Assembly (NCBI GenBank): GCA_049719515.1
Contig: JBNARJ010000003.1
Span: 151,241-215,240 of the forward strand
Direction of reading: 5' to 3'
Source: Candidatus Saccharicenans sp.
Lineage (GTDB): Bacteria; Acidobacteriota; Aminicenantia; Aminicenantales; Saccharicenantaceae
DNA length: 64,000 bases
How positions within the stretch are numbered: position 1 is the first letter of the stretch; every line of letters starts with the position of its first letter. Shown piece by piece: positions 39,542-50,006 of this stretch. The position numbers were made by a program, and so were the translations under genes. The notes under the pieces are model-generated. The model was not told the DNA's origin and did no database searches. It saw only the letters and a program-made list of their open reading frames with translations.

Positions 39542-39916
39542 TTATTTCTCTAAAATTACGATGGCCACAGCATATGTTTTAAGATGAGACAGCGAAACAT
39601 GAGCCCGGCTCAATCCCTTGCTTTCGAAAATCTCCTTCGCCCGCCCGAATAACTCAAGCACCGGTTGACCTGTTTCCAGGTTGCGAATTTCAACCTCAGA
39701 AAATTTAACCCCTCCGCTCCAGCCGGTACCCAGAGCTTTCATAAAAGCTTCCTTGGCCGCAAACCGGGCAGCATAATGCAGAGCCGGAGAATGCTTGCTC
39801 TCACAATAAGCTATCTCCAGGCTGGTAAAAAGTTTCTCTTTCAGGCCAGGCGTTCTTTTCAGCTTTTCTTCGACCCGGTCCACTTCAATAAGGTCTACGC
39901 CAATCCCCGAAATCAA
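39542..39916 (-). CDS. acpS: Holo-[acyl-carrier-protein] synthase (4'-phosphopantetheinyl transferase)
   Basis: (M)ISGIGVDLIEVDRV...AAKEAFMKALGTG. TTG start with an AGGAGG RBS 5 nt upstream. Confidence 0.85.
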   Translation of the reverse strand: MISGIGVDLIEVDRVEEKLKRTPGLKEKLFTSLEIAYCESKHSPALHYAARFAAKEAFMKALGTGWSGGVKFSEVEIRNLETGQPVLELFGRAKEIFESKGLSRAHVSLSHLKTYAVAIVILEK

Positions 39917-40036
39917 ACAGCCTCCTGCGCTTGCCCAATAATATTCTGCATTCTTATTTTTAACCGCTCTGAACCTCAGAGCAAAAGCTATTATAGAAAA
40001 AACCTGATAAATGTCAAAACGATGAATTTTAAAATG

Positions 40037-40597
40037 TCAGCCAAGATGGTCAATCAATATTTTGAGACCAATTAATATGAGAATAACGCCACCGGCCACC
40101 TCTGCTCGGCGGCCAAAGACTTTTCCAAGAAGCGGCCCCACTCGGCTGGAGGCGACCGTCAGAGAAAAAGCCATCAGCCCGATGACCACGCTAACCAACC
40201 AGATGTTGATCCCCAGCACGGGAAGGCTGAGTCCGGTAGCCAGGGCATCCTGACTGGTAGCCAGGGCCAAAACAATTAAAGACCAGCCTCTGGTCGGGTC
40301 TTGTGCGTTGAACCTCTCTTCATCTTTTTTAAATGATTCTCTTATCATGCGCAAGCCAATCAGCAGGAGCAGCCCGAAAGCTATCCAGTGGTCATACTCC
40401 GCCACCAGCCTCAATAAATTTTCTCCGACAAACCAGCCGATGACCGGCATGATGAACTGAAACACCCCGAAATGCAGCGCCAGCCTGAAAGTCTGTCTTC
40501 TGTTAAGACCGTTAAGATAGCAGGCCAGCCCAATGGTCACCGCCATGGCATCAAGAGCTAAAGCCACGGCTATTCCGAGTAAAATAAGGACCTTCAT
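40037..40597 (-). CDS. mntP: Manganese efflux pump MntP
   Basis: 186 aa with 6 TM helices and the DAMAV motif of the MntP/YebN family. Confidence 0.85.
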   Translation of the reverse strand: MKVLILLGIAVALALDAMAVTIGLACYLNGLNRRQTFRLALHFGVFQFIMPVIGWFVGENLLRLVAEYDHWIAFGLLLLIGLRMIRESFKKDEERFNAQDPTRGWSLIVLALATSQDALATGLSLPVLGINIWLVSVVIGLMAFSLTVASSRVGPLLGKVFGRRAEVAGGVILILIGLKILIDHLG

Positions 40598-40949
40598 CTG
40601 ATAACCTTTTCAAGTTTTAAGATTATACCAGAAAGCCTTCCCGTTTGCTTTCCCTAAAGGTGGAACCTTAAGTTTTCATGAATTGTAAAGCGGCGAATTT
40701 AAGTTTAGTTTCCGGTTGAAAATTTCCGCTTTCTTTAGCCCTGCCCGGCCTTGATTTTTTATCAACTAATTTATTTTTTATGGCGGGAAGACATTCTCGC
40801 AAAATTTGGCTCGATTTCCCATGACCCACCTTTATTTATCCATCTTCAAATTTATTTCAGTCAGGTCAATAACTACCAGGATAAAATCCGGCCGACCAGT
40901 GGCATCTCATTCTTACCTAAATTAATCTTTAAGAGTATAATTTTTTTCC

Positions 40950-43673
40950 ATGGAAGAAAAAATCATCCTGCGCGGCGTCCGGGTTCACAACCTGAAGAAT
41001 ATAGACCTGGACCTGCCCGTCGGAAAACTCATCGTCATCACCGGGCTGAGCGGTTCGGGCAAATCTTCTCTCGCTTTTGATACCCTGTATGCCGAGGGTC
41101 AGCGCCGGTACCTGGAATCGCTTTCCTCATACGCTCGCCAGTTTCTGGAAAGGATGGACAAACCAGAGGCTGACCTCATCGAAGGCCTGCCGCCGGCCAT
41201 CGCCATCCAGCAAAAAGCTCCGGCTCGCAACCCGCGCTCAACCGTTTCTACCGTCACAGAAATATACGATTATCTCCGTGTGCTCTATGCTCGTCTCGGA
41301 ACCATCCACTGCCTGAACTGTGGACAGCCGGTCATTCGTGACACAATAGATTCTATGGCTGATACCCTTCTTAAATTGCCTGCCGGAGAGAAAATTTACA
41401 TCACTTTTACCGCATCTGAGGCAAAAAAAATTTCAGAGCTAAAGAAGGAAGGTTTTCTCAAAGCTTATGGCCAGGGGAAAATCCTGGATCTTGAAGAAAT
41501 AAGAACCGGCGGCCGGGCGGCTGACCCCCTGGAAATCCTGGTCGACCATCTGTCGCTCGACCCGGAAGACCGAGAGAGGCTGGTCGATTCCTTAGAAATA
41601 GGTTTAAAAAAGGGCGATGGGCGGGTAAACGTCCATACTGCCTCTTCGAAAACTTTCCATTTTTCCGAACACTTGGGGTGCAAGATCTGCCACCTTACTT
41701 ATGAAGAGCCAACCCCGAACCTTCTTTCTTTCAACAGCCCGCAGGGAGCCTGCCCGGTCTGCCACGGGTTTGGCGACCTGGCCGTTCTGGATGAAGACCG
41801 GATTATACCGGATAAAAATAAGTCTCTGGAAGAAGGGGCGGTCGAGCCCTGGACCAAGCCGGCTTCTCGAGGTCTGCTCCGCGAATTACTGCGAGAAGCC
41901 CGGAAAAGGCACATCCCGACTGATGTTCCATTTTCTCGCCTCACGCCGGAACAGCAGCGCTTTGTCCTTGATGGCGGAGACGGCTACTACGGGGTTAAAG
42001 GATTCTTTGAATGGCTTGAAAGCAAAAAATACAAGGTTCAGGTTCGGGTGATGCTCAGCCGTTATAGAAAATATGTCCCCTGTCCGGCATGCGGTCATAC
42101 GAGGCTCAATCGCCAGGCTCTGGCCGTAAAAATAGCCGGAAAATCCATCGGTGATTTTAACGCCATGACCGTGGCCGAAGCTCTCAATTTTATCGAAAGC
42201 TTAAATCTTTCGTCTTATCAGCAAAAAATTGCCGAAAAACTCATCCAGGAAATCAGCAACCGGCTGAAATTCCTTTTGGAAGTCGGGCTGGATTACCTGA
42301 CGCTTGACCGCCTGACTTTCACCCTGAGCGGTGGTGAAGCCCAGCGCATCAACCTGGCAGCCGCGCTGAGCGCTTCGCTGGTAGGCACCATGTTTGTGCT
42401 CGATGAACCTTCGATTGGGCTTCATCCAAGAGACAATCACCGCCTGATTAACATTCTGCGCCGCCTGCAGGACATTGGCAACACCGTCGTGGTGGTGGAA
42501 CATGACCCGGAAATCATCAGAGAAGCCGATTACCTGATAGACCTCGGCCCGGGAGCCGGAGAACACGGAGGCCAGGTAATTTACGCCGGACCGATGGAAA
42601 GCTTTCTAAAAAACAGCTCTTCTCTTACTGCCCGCTATTTACGTGAAGAAATTTCTGTTCCCTGTCCGGGGCATAGGCGACAGCCACGCGGCTTTATAAT
42701 CATCAAGGGGGCGCGCAAACACAATCTTAAAAATTTGGACCTGAAAATCCCTCTCGGCAACCTGGTGTGCATCACGGGAGTTTCTGGCTCCGGTAAAAGC
42801 ACCCTGGTGGAAGAAATCATCTATCGCGGGCTTAACGGCGAAGCTGCCGATGCTTTTGACACCATAGAAACCACTCAAAAACTTGACCGGGTAATCATGG
42901 TTGACCAGTCACCGCTCAGCACTTCTCCGCGCTCCATACCGGCTACCTACACCAAAGCCCTCGACGGTATAAGAGAAGTTTTTGCCAGCACGCGGGAAGC
43001 AAGAAGCCTGGGCTATAAACCCGGGCATTTTTCTTTCAACACGAGCCGCGGACAGTGTCCGGACTGCCAGGGGGCCGGGTTTAAGGAAATCGAGATGCAG
43101 TTTCTGAGCGACGTGGTTCTGACCTGCGAGACCTGCGGCGGAAAGCGCTACAAGCCAGAAATCCTGGAAATAAAGTACCGGGGCAAGAACATCCATGAAG
43201 TTTTGCAGATGAGCATCACAGAAGCCCTCGATTTCTTTTCTGACCGTGAAGATATAGTCAGGAGGCTAAAGCCGCTGGCTGAAGTGGGACTGGGCTACTT
43301 AAGGCTCGGCCAGCCGACCACCACCCTGTCCGGTGGAGAGCTGCAGAGAATCAAGCTGGGCTATTATCTGAGCCACGAGAGGGGTCGGCATCTTCTCTAT
43401 TTATTTGACGAACCAACTGTCGGTCTTCATCTTGATGATGTGCGGCTGCTGCTAAACTGCTTTCACAATCTGGTCGATAGAGGACACAGCCTGGTGGTTA
43501 TTGAGCATAACCTGGAAATGATCAAGAATGCCGATTATGTGATAGACCTCGGGCCGGAAGGCGGAGAAAGAGGTGGTTACCTGGTTGCCCAGGGAACACC
43601 GGAGGAGGTGGCTCAAACTCCAGGTTCCATCACCGGTCAATACCTCAGAAAAGCCTTGAAGATGGCTAAGTAA
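40950..43673 (+). CDS. uvrA: Excinuclease ABC subunit A
   Basis: 907 aa with two ABC ATPase modules ([10 protein letters not shown] and [10 protein letters not shown]) and Zn-finger Cys pairs. Confidence 0.95.
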   Translation: MEEKIILRGVRVHNLKNIDLDLPVGKLIVITGLSGSGKSSLAFDTLYAEGQRRYLESLSSYARQFLERMDKPEADLIEGLPPAIAIQQKAPARNPRSTVSTVTEIYDYLRVLYARLGTIHCLNCGQPVIRDTIDSMADTLLKLPAGEKIYITFTASEAKKISELKKEGFLKAYGQGKILDLEEIRTGGRAADPLEILVDHLSLDPEDRERLVDSLEIGLKKGDGRVNVHTASSKTFHFSEHLGCKICHLTYEEPTPNLLSFNSPQGACPVCHGFGDLAVLDEDRIIPDKNKSLEEGAVEPWTKPASRGLLRELLREARKRHIPTDVPFSRLTPEQQRFVLDGGDGYYGVKGFFEWLESKKYKVQVRVMLSRYRKYVPCPACGHTRLNRQALAVKIAGKSIGDFNAMTVAEALNFIESLNLSSYQQKIAEKLIQEISNRLKFLLEVGLDYLTLDRLTFTLSGGEAQRINLAAALSASLVGTMFVLDEPSIGLHPRDNHRLINILRRLQDIGNTVVVVEHDPEIIREADYLIDLGPGAGEHGGQVIYAGPMESFLKNSSSLTARYLREEISVPCPGHRRQPRGFIIIKGARKHNLKNLDLKIPLGNLVCITGVSGSGKSTLVEEIIYRGLNGEAADAFDTIETTQKLDRVIMVDQSPLSTSPRSIPATYTKALDGIREVFASTREARSLGYKPGHFSFNTSRGQCPDCQGAGFKEIEMQFLSDVVLTCETCGGKRYKPEILEIKYRGKNIHEVLQMSITEALDFFSDREDIVRRLKPLAEVGLGYLRLGQPTTTLSGGELQRIKLGYYLSHERGRHLLYLFDEPTVGLHLDDVRLLLNCFHNLVDRGHSLVVIEHNLEMIKNADYVIDLGPEGGERGGYLVAQGTPEEVAQTPGSITGQYLRKALKMAK

Positions 43674-44130
43674 GTTTTATCTGGCGCCGGCCATAATCAG
43701 AATAATCAGGCGTCAGGCGGGGGTATTCCTCATCCATCAGCGGGGAAGAAATCATGAAGTCGGCGGAGGAACGGTTGCAGGCCACGGGGATATTCCAGAC
43801 CACCGCTATCCTTAACAGGGCTTTCACATCAGGGTCATGGGGCAAAGGTTCCAGCGGGTCCCAGAAGAAAATCAGAAAATCTATCTGCCCTTCAGCTATC
43901 TTGGCTCCGACCTGCTGGTCCCCGCCCAGCGGGCCGCTTTTCAGAATGTTAACTTCCAGTCCCAGCTCTTTTCTTAAAAGAGTGCCGGTCGTCCCGGTAG
44001 CCCAGAGCTCGTGTTTGGAGAGCAACTGGTGGTTGAACTTAACCCATTCTAAAAGGTCTGGTTTTTTGTTGTCATGGGCCACCAGGGCAATCCTTTTCCT
44101 TTTTCCCATTTTTGTCACGGTTGATTTCAT
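43666..44130 (-). CDS. mgsA: Methylglyoxal synthase
   Basis: [10 protein letters not shown]...ATGTTG...GPLGGDQQ...DPDVKALLR, collinear with MgsA. Its 3' end overlaps the uvrA 3' end by 8 nt (convergent). Confidence 0.9.
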   Translation of the reverse strand: MKSTVTKMGKRKRIALVAHDNKKPDLLEWVKFNHQLLSKHELWATGTTGTLLRKELGLEVNILKSGPLGGDQQVGAKIAEGQIDFLIFFWDPLEPLPHDPDVKALLRIAVVWNIPVACNRSSADFMISSPLMDEEYPRLTPDYSDYGRRQIKLT

Positions 44131-44258
44131 TGGCCACTCCTGTTCATATTTTCTCAGAAGTAAGCGACTAAATAAAGGGCGTCAAAAAGCCAATAATTTT
44201 TCATTATTGATACTGTCAGCCGCCAGGGCAACCAAGCCTTTCGGCAGGGAGGCCAGAT

Positions 44259-44987
44259 ATGGGTGAAGAAATCGGGAAAATTTTTCAGTTTCAGACCAGG
44301 TACCAGAGAGAAATTTATTCCCAGGGTTATCTTGAGTGGCAGCAAAAAATTGACAGACTTAAATCACAGCTGGCCGATAAAACAATAAAACTTCCTCAGC
44401 CTGAGGTTAAAGACGGGCTGCCGGTTTTTCAGGTCATCAACAGCAGGCGAAGCCGCCGCGAGTTTGGCCGAAAACCCGTTCCGCTGGGGTTTGTCTCTCA
44501 GGTCATCTGGGCCGCTTCCGGCATCTCTTTTCGCAAAGATGGTTTCTTCCTCAAAACCGCCCCTTCGGCCGGAGCACTCTACCCGGTTGAGACTTACCTT
44601 TCAGCCCAGTTAGTAGATGGCCTGGAAGCCGGGCTTTATCATTATCAGGCGGAAAACCATTCACTGCAAATGAAATATGCAGGCCATTTTGGCCAGGTCC
44701 TGGCCAGCTCGGCCCTCAACCAGGATTTCCTGGCCGAGGCCGGCTTTATTCTTCTGTTCACGGCTGTCTTTTCCAGAGCCAGCTGGAAGTATGGTGACCG
44801 CAGCTTCCGTTATATTTACCTGGATGCCGGACATGCGGCTCAAAACGCCGCCCTGGCGGCGGTATCCTGCGGGCTGGCAAGCTGCCCGGTGGCTGCCTTT
44901 TTTGACGATGAAATAAACTACATCCTCGACCTGAACCCGGCCCGGGAAGGAATTCTCTATCTCATGGCTTTTGGCTTTCCTGCCTGA
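44259..44987 (+). CDS. SagB-type dehydrogenase domain protein (nitroreductase superfamily)
   Basis: 242 aa with the SagB/ThcOx-like nitroreductase core (RRSRREF...SAGALYP...YLDAGHAAQN). Confidence 0.75.
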   Translation: MGEEIGKIFQFQTRYQREIYSQGYLEWQQKIDRLKSQLADKTIKLPQPEVKDGLPVFQVINSRRSRREFGRKPVPLGFVSQVIWAASGISFRKDGFFLKTAPSAGALYPVETYLSAQLVDGLEAGLYHYQAENHSLQMKYAGHFGQVLASSALNQDFLAEAGFILLFTAVFSRASWKYGDRSFRYIYLDAGHAAQNAALAAVSCGLASCPVAAFFDDEINYILDLNPAREGILYLMAFGFPA

Positions 44988-45087
44988 GCACGATCACCCG
45001 CCAGAAAACCAGGCTTTTTCGCTTAGTTACCTGAACAGAGCCGGGAAAATTTAATAAACTTTTAACTGCTCGTTTTTCAGGCAGCCA

Positions 45088-46371
45088 TCACAACACAACT
45101 TTTTTCTTACCCCACTTGAGCTTCATGGTCAGCACCCGGTCGGTGGAGAAAATCTTGGTCGTCCAGTAGAGGAGCACCGCCACAAACAGGAAATTGTAAA
45201 CAATCCCCAGGTAAACCATGTTCAGGTGTCCGAACATGATGTTGGTCATGGCAAAGAACGGGTGGGAAAAGGGAATAGCCAGGACGAGCAATTTGGCCGG
45301 AAGAGACATGGTGTTCACATCAGCAAACAGACTGATAAAATAGGGTATCATGACGATGAACACCAGAGGAACGGAAAGGCTCTGTGCCGTCCGATAATCT
45401 TCTGCCAGAACCCCCAGCACGGTGGCCAGGGCCAGTGCGCAGAGGATGGTCAGAAACAGAGAAATGCCAAACAGAATGTAGCCCTGGGTGTTGATAGTCA
45501 GGCCAAGCTGTTTCATCAACGGAGCCACTCCGCTCAAAGCCTGGCCCAGGTCTGCTTCAGAAAAAGTAAAGGCTTTCCGGAAACCTAACATGTAGATGGC
45601 CGCCGAGAGCAAGCCCACCACGGCGGCGGCCAGCATCTTGGCCATGACGATTGAAGTTCTGGAAATCGGCACGGTCAGCAATGTTTCCAGCGTTTTGTTC
45701 TGTTTTTCCATGGCAATGGCCGTAATGACCATCTGAGCCGAGTACATGATGATCATCATCAGGATAACCGGCAGGATGAAGTTCTGGGCGGTCATCGCGT
45801 TGAGAACCATGGAAGCAGAACCCTCGGCCTGCTTGTCTCTGACCACCACATATTCTTTATTTTTAATCGGGGCTTTCAGCAGTTTTGGGTCTACCCCCGG
45901 TATCTTATTTTTAATAAATTCGTTCGACAGGTATTCGTTGGTAGAATTCAGAAGTATCTTTACCACTTCGGTTTTGGTGCGGCCCGCAATGGAAACACCT
46001 CGGAGAAAGGCGTAGGTTTCCACTTCAACCGGCTGCAGGTTAGTGGCGCGTTCCCCAAATCCCTCGGGGATGACCACCAGCAGGTCAAGCGGACTCTGGC
46101 GAACTTCGTCCACCACCCGGTTCTTGTCACCCGATTTCTCTTCAATGATAAAATTGGCCGCGTTTAGGGCTCCGATCAGGTTGCGTGATACCGGAGAGCG
46201 GTCGAGGTCGAGCACGGCCACTTTCTGCTTGGCCATGGCTTTTTTCATCTCTGACCTGGTGATGTTCCCGATGAAGTTGAAAATCACCAGGATAAAAACC
46301 AGAGAGATGATTAACTGTTTATTCAAAAGCTCCCGGATTTCTTTAACCAGAAGATGGGTAAAGTTTTTCAT
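45088..46371 (-). CDS. ABC-2 family transporter permease
   Basis: 427 aa with one N-terminal TM helix, a large periplasmic loop, and a C-terminal 6-TM ABC-2 domain. It overlaps the ATPase gene in an ATGA arrangement. Confidence 0.75.
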   Translation of the reverse strand: MKNFTHLLVKEIRELLNKQLIISLVFILVIFNFIGNITRSEMKKAMAKQKVAVLDLDRSPVSRNLIGALNAANFIIEEKSGDKNRVVDEVRQSPLDLLVVIPEGFGERATNLQPVEVETYAFLRGVSIAGRTKTEVVKILLNSTNEYLSNEFIKNKIPGVDPKLLKAPIKNKEYVVVRDKQAEGSASMVLNAMTAQNFILPVILMMIIMYSAQMVITAIAMEKQNKTLETLLTVPISRTSIVMAKMLAAAVVGLLSAAIYMLGFRKAFTFSEADLGQALSGVAPLMKQLGLTINTQGYILFGISLFLTILCALALATVLGVLAEDYRTAQSLSVPLVFIVMIPYFISLFADVNTMSLPAKLLVLAIPFSHPFFAMTNIMFGHLNMVYLGIVYNFLFVAVLLYWTTKIFSTDRVLTMKLKWGKKKVVL

Positions 46372-47090
46372 CTTACGGCACTCCTGAAAACGATTTCTAA
46401 ATTAGAAGCCTGGTATTTTTCTTTCAGGGATGAAGGGGTTCCGCTATCGAGGATAAGCCCGCGGTCGATAAGGGCCACCCGGTCTGAAAGAAACTCAACT
46501 TCCAGCATGTTATGAGAAGAGAGCAGCACTGACACTCCTTCCTTGGTAAAGCTCTTAATCATTTCCCGAACTTCCAGCGAATTGATTACATCCAGCCCGG
46601 AAGTCGGCTCATCAAGAATGGCCAGCGCCGGCTTAGTCATCAGGGCGCGGGCCAAAAGTAATTTACGGGTCATTCCCTTGCTGTATGTGCCAACTTTATC
46701 TTTAAGTCTCTCGCCCAGGCCGCAAATCCGCTCGGCTCGTTCGACAAACTCCCTCACCTGCGATTCATCCCTGGAGTAAAACCTGGCCATGAAATTCAGG
46801 TAGTCAATGCCCTTCATGTTGCGGTAAGCGCCGGCTTCTTCGGGCAGGTAACTGATGTGTTCTCGGAATTTCTCCGGGTTCTTTTTCAAGTCATAGCCCA
46901 TAAAGCTGACCCGGCCATCAGTCGGGGTCAGCAGCGTGGCGATTATCCTCAGAGTGGTCGTCTTGCCTGCGCCGTTCGGGCCAATCAGGCCAAAAATTTC
47001 GCCCTCTTCTACCTTGAAACTGATTCCCCGGAGAGCTTCGAGGCTTCCATACCTTTTTTTCAAATCCTGAACTTCAAGAACAACGCCCAT
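46368..47090 (-). CDS. ABC transporter ATP-binding protein
   Basis: Walker A GPNGAGKTT, signature LSGG-like, and Walker B ILDEPT. Confidence 0.9.
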   Translation of the reverse strand: MGVVLEVQDLKKRYGSLEALRGISFKVEEGEIFGLIGPNGAGKTTTLRIIATLLTPTDGRVSFMGYDLKKNPEKFREHISYLPEEAGAYRNMKGIDYLNFMARFYSRDESQVREFVERAERICGLGERLKDKVGTYSKGMTRKLLLARALMTKPALAILDEPTSGLDVINSLEVREMIKSFTKEGVSVLLSSHNMLEVEFLSDRVALIDRGLILDSGTPSSLKEKYQASNLEIVFRSAVR

Positions 47091-47140
47091 CAGAGCCTCC
47101 TACATATTTTTTTCATTTATACGAATTATACAAAGAAAAG

Positions 47141-47788
47141 TTATGTATGGAAACATTTACTTTCCTGGCTGTCTTCTGCTGCCATCCTGTAATCAAACTC
47201 ATCTTTTCCAACTATGCCGCCAGAGATAATCAGAGACATGGCTTCCTGGACTGACCAGGATAAAAGCCGCAACTCATCTTCCCTGGCTATTACGGTAAAA
47301 CCGGTAGTAACATTGGGGGCGGTGGGAATGAATAATTTAACAAGATTTTCACCGGTCTTTTTATCCTTTATTCTTCCGGTAACAAACCCGACCGACCACA
47401 GACCCGGACGGAACTGTTCCACCAGGGCGACCTGCTGAAAAACCTGTTTTTCGGGCAGGGCAAGAGCCAGGCCGAGCTGTTTGCCCAGGTTATAGACCGT
47501 TTTTATCAGCGGAATTTTTTCCATCACTTTTTCTACCAGCCAAAACAACCGTTTTCCCGTCCAGTTAGAAGCCAGCAGGCCCAGAAGATAAAGCGAAATA
47601 AGAACTATAAGAATTCCCAGGCCGGGCACACGGTAGCCAAGGTAGCTTTCGATGGGTGAAGCCACTTTCAGGTCGATATATACATAGATAAACTTGATTA
47701 CTATGTAGCTCAGGTAAAGCGGAATAAGGGCCAAGAATCCCCGGAAAATATTTCTCTTCAGATTATGGAAAATGCTCTTAAAGTTCAT
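47141..47788 (-). CDS. DUF502 membrane protein
   Basis: 215 aa with two N-terminal TM helices and the DUF502 core. AGGAGG RBS. Confidence 0.8.
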   Translation of the reverse strand: MNFKSIFHNLKRNIFRGFLALIPLYLSYIVIKFIYVYIDLKVASPIESYLGYRVPGLGILIVLISLYLLGLLASNWTGKRLFWLVEKVMEKIPLIKTVYNLGKQLGLALALPEKQVFQQVALVEQFRPGLWSVGFVTGRIKDKKTGENLVKLFIPTAPNVTTGFTVIAREDELRLLSWSVQEAMSLIISGGIVGKDEFDYRMAAEDSQESKCFHT

Positions 47789-48063
47789 CCCTTGCCTCCT
47801 GTAATAAAGAAAAAGATACCGAAATTACCTCTTGGTTGTAAGCAGATAATTAACTACCAAGATTAACCAAACCGGCCTAAAAAATCGAGGACCATGATAA
47901 CTTACGGAGAGAAAATACGGCAAGCCCTGGCCACCGGCCAAGGTCAACCCGGAAATTCATCTCTCCTGCCTGGTAACTGAACGGGCCCATCTTCAGCCCA
48001 AGCTGGACTTTAATTTTACGGAATTTTACGGCCGTTCTTTTGTGGTTTTAGCAGGTAAACCGA

Positions 48064-48741
48064 TCACTTCAGGCGGCTTTCTACCACTTTCCAGTTAATG
48101 TTCTTGAAGAAGGCCTCTACATAGTCAGCTTTCTTCAGCCCGTAGTCGGTGATAAAAGCATGTTCAAAAACATCCATGACGAGCAGCGGCTCTCCACCCG
48201 CGGGGTGGCCGCTGTCGTGTTCGTTAATCCAGAAATTTATCAGACGGCCGGTCAGCCGGTCCTGGTACAAAACCACCCAGCCAATGCCCCTCATGGTGCC
48301 CATCGCTTTGAATTCTTTTTCCCAGAGTTCGTAGCTGCCGAAGTTCTCGGTGATCTTCTGATACAGTCGGCCCCCGGGAGACAGAGTTTCCTTACCACCC
48401 AGGTTTTCAAAATAATACTCGTGAAGCCTCAGGCCGTTCCATTCCCAGCCGAGCCGACGTTTGAGCTCGGCAAATTCCGGCGTTCCCGCTTTACCATCTT
48501 TAACCATCTGGGCAAGAATCTCCAGAAGCCTGTTGGTGTTGTTCACATAACCCTGGTAAAGCTGAAAATGGTTTCTGAGCAGGGTGTCGCTAAAACCCGG
48601 CAGTCCGATTAACCCGGAATAATCCTTTGCCTGATAACTCATACTTTTCCCTCCTCCAATAAATTTTGCTTTAATCCCCAGCTTTAAGGGCAGGCTTAAC
48701 CCCAGCCCGCCAAGTGAATGGAGAAAAGCCCTTCTTTTCAT
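48064..48741 (-). CDS. sod: Fe/Mn superoxide dismutase with a Tat signal peptide
   Basis: MKRRAFLHSLGG (twin-arginine motif) and the C-terminal SOD signature DVFEHAFITDYG...NW. The start is moved to ATG 48741, which has a GGGAGGGGAGG RBS. Confidence 0.88.
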   Translation of the reverse strand: MKRRAFLHSLGGLGLSLPLKLGIKAKFIGGGKSMSYQAKDYSGLIGLPGFSDTLLRNHFQLYQGYVNNTNRLLEILAQMVKDGKAGTPEFAELKRRLGWEWNGLRLHEYYFENLGGKETLSPGGRLYQKITENFGSYELWEKEFKAMGTMRGIGWVVLYQDRLTGRLINFWINEHDSGHPAGGEPLLVMDVFEHAFITDYGLKKADYVEAFFKNINWKVVESRLK

Positions 48742-48793
48742 ATCCTCCCCTCCCATAATTCATCTTCCGGCTGAACAGAATAGCCTGGCAAAT

Positions 48794-49846
48794 TTATTTT
48801 TTGCTTTCCTTGCTGTCTTCCTGCTCCTCGTTCAACAGGCCAACTTTTAACCTGATTTCCCGGTCGATCTGGTCAGCCAGTTCCTTGTTTTCTTTGAGCA
48901 ACTTCTTGACGTTTTCCCGGCCCTGACCCAGTCTTTCGCCCTTGTATGAATACCAGGTGCCGGTCTTTTCCAGGATACCGTACTGCAGGCCACAGTCCAC
49001 CAGGTCTCCTTCCCGCGATATGCCTTCGCCGAAAATAATGTCAAACTGCGCTTCCCGGAAAGGAGGAGCCAGTTTGTTTTTAACCACTTTGACTTTCACC
49101 CGGCTGCCCACCACTTCTTCCCCTTCCTTGATAGCCGCCAGCTTGCGCACATCAATTCTCAAAGAGGCATAGAATTTAAGCGCCCGACCGCCGGTGGTGG
49201 TTTCCGGAGAGCCAACAAACACCCCGATTTTTTCTCTGATCTGGTTAATAAAGATAAAGCAGGTTTTAGAACGGCTGACGATGGCCGTCAGCTTTCGCAG
49301 GGCCTGGGACATCAGCCGGGCCTGCAAACCCATGTGGGCATCACCCATTTCGCCCTCAAGTTCGGCCTTGGGCACCAGCGCGGCCACCGAATCCACCACG
49401 ATGACGTCCACCGCCCCGCTGCGCACCAGGACCTCGGCAATCTCCAGAGCCTGTTCACCATAATCAGGCTGGGAAATTAAAAGTTCATCTATGTTGATGC
49501 CCAGCTTGGCAGCATAGTTGGGGTCCAGGGCATGCTCGGCATCGATGAAAGCCGCCTGCCCTCCTCTTTTCTGAGCTTCGGCAATCACGTGCAGAGCCAG
49601 CGTGGTCTTTCCGGTGGCTTCGGGGCCAAAGATTTCGATGACTCTGCCCCGCGGGAAACCACCTATTCCCAGGCTCAAATCAAAAGAGATGGACCCTGTT
49701 GGTATCACCTCGGCCTTAACGGCCGCTTCTTTCTGGCCCAGCTTCATAACGGCACCTTTGCCAAACTGCTTTTCTATCTGGGAGAGGGCCGCATCAAGAG
49801 CTTTGGTCCGGGAAACCTGTTTCTGTTCAGTTTCATCTGGTTTCAT
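48794..49846 (-). CDS. recA: Recombinase A
   Basis: [15 protein letters not shown] and the full RecA core. GGAGG RBS. Confidence 0.95.
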   Translation of the reverse strand: MKPDETEQKQVSRTKALDAALSQIEKQFGKGAVMKLGQKEAAVKAEVIPTGSISFDLSLGIGGFPRGRVIEIFGPEATGKTTLALHVIAEAQKRGGQAAFIDAEHALDPNYAAKLGINIDELLISQPDYGEQALEIAEVLVRSGAVDVIVVDSVAALVPKAELEGEMGDAHMGLQARLMSQALRKLTAIVSRSKTCFIFINQIREKIGVFVGSPETTTGGRALKFYASLRIDVRKLAAIKEGEEVVGSRVKVKVVKNKLAPPFREAQFDIIFGEGISREGDLVDCGLQYGILEKTGTWYSYKGERLGQGRENVKKLLKENKELADQIDREIRLKVGLLNEEQEDSKESKK

Positions 49847-50006
49847 CCCAATCCTCCAGTTCCTGGCTCTGAACCATCAAAGCCATAAAATTTAAAACTG
49901 CAAGTTTTAGTTACTCATCAAATTTATTTTATTCAATCCTTTTTTCCGTTAGAACATTTAAAATATCAGGCAATTTCTGCTGTCGCTTTGCCCAGCTCAG
50001 GCCAGT

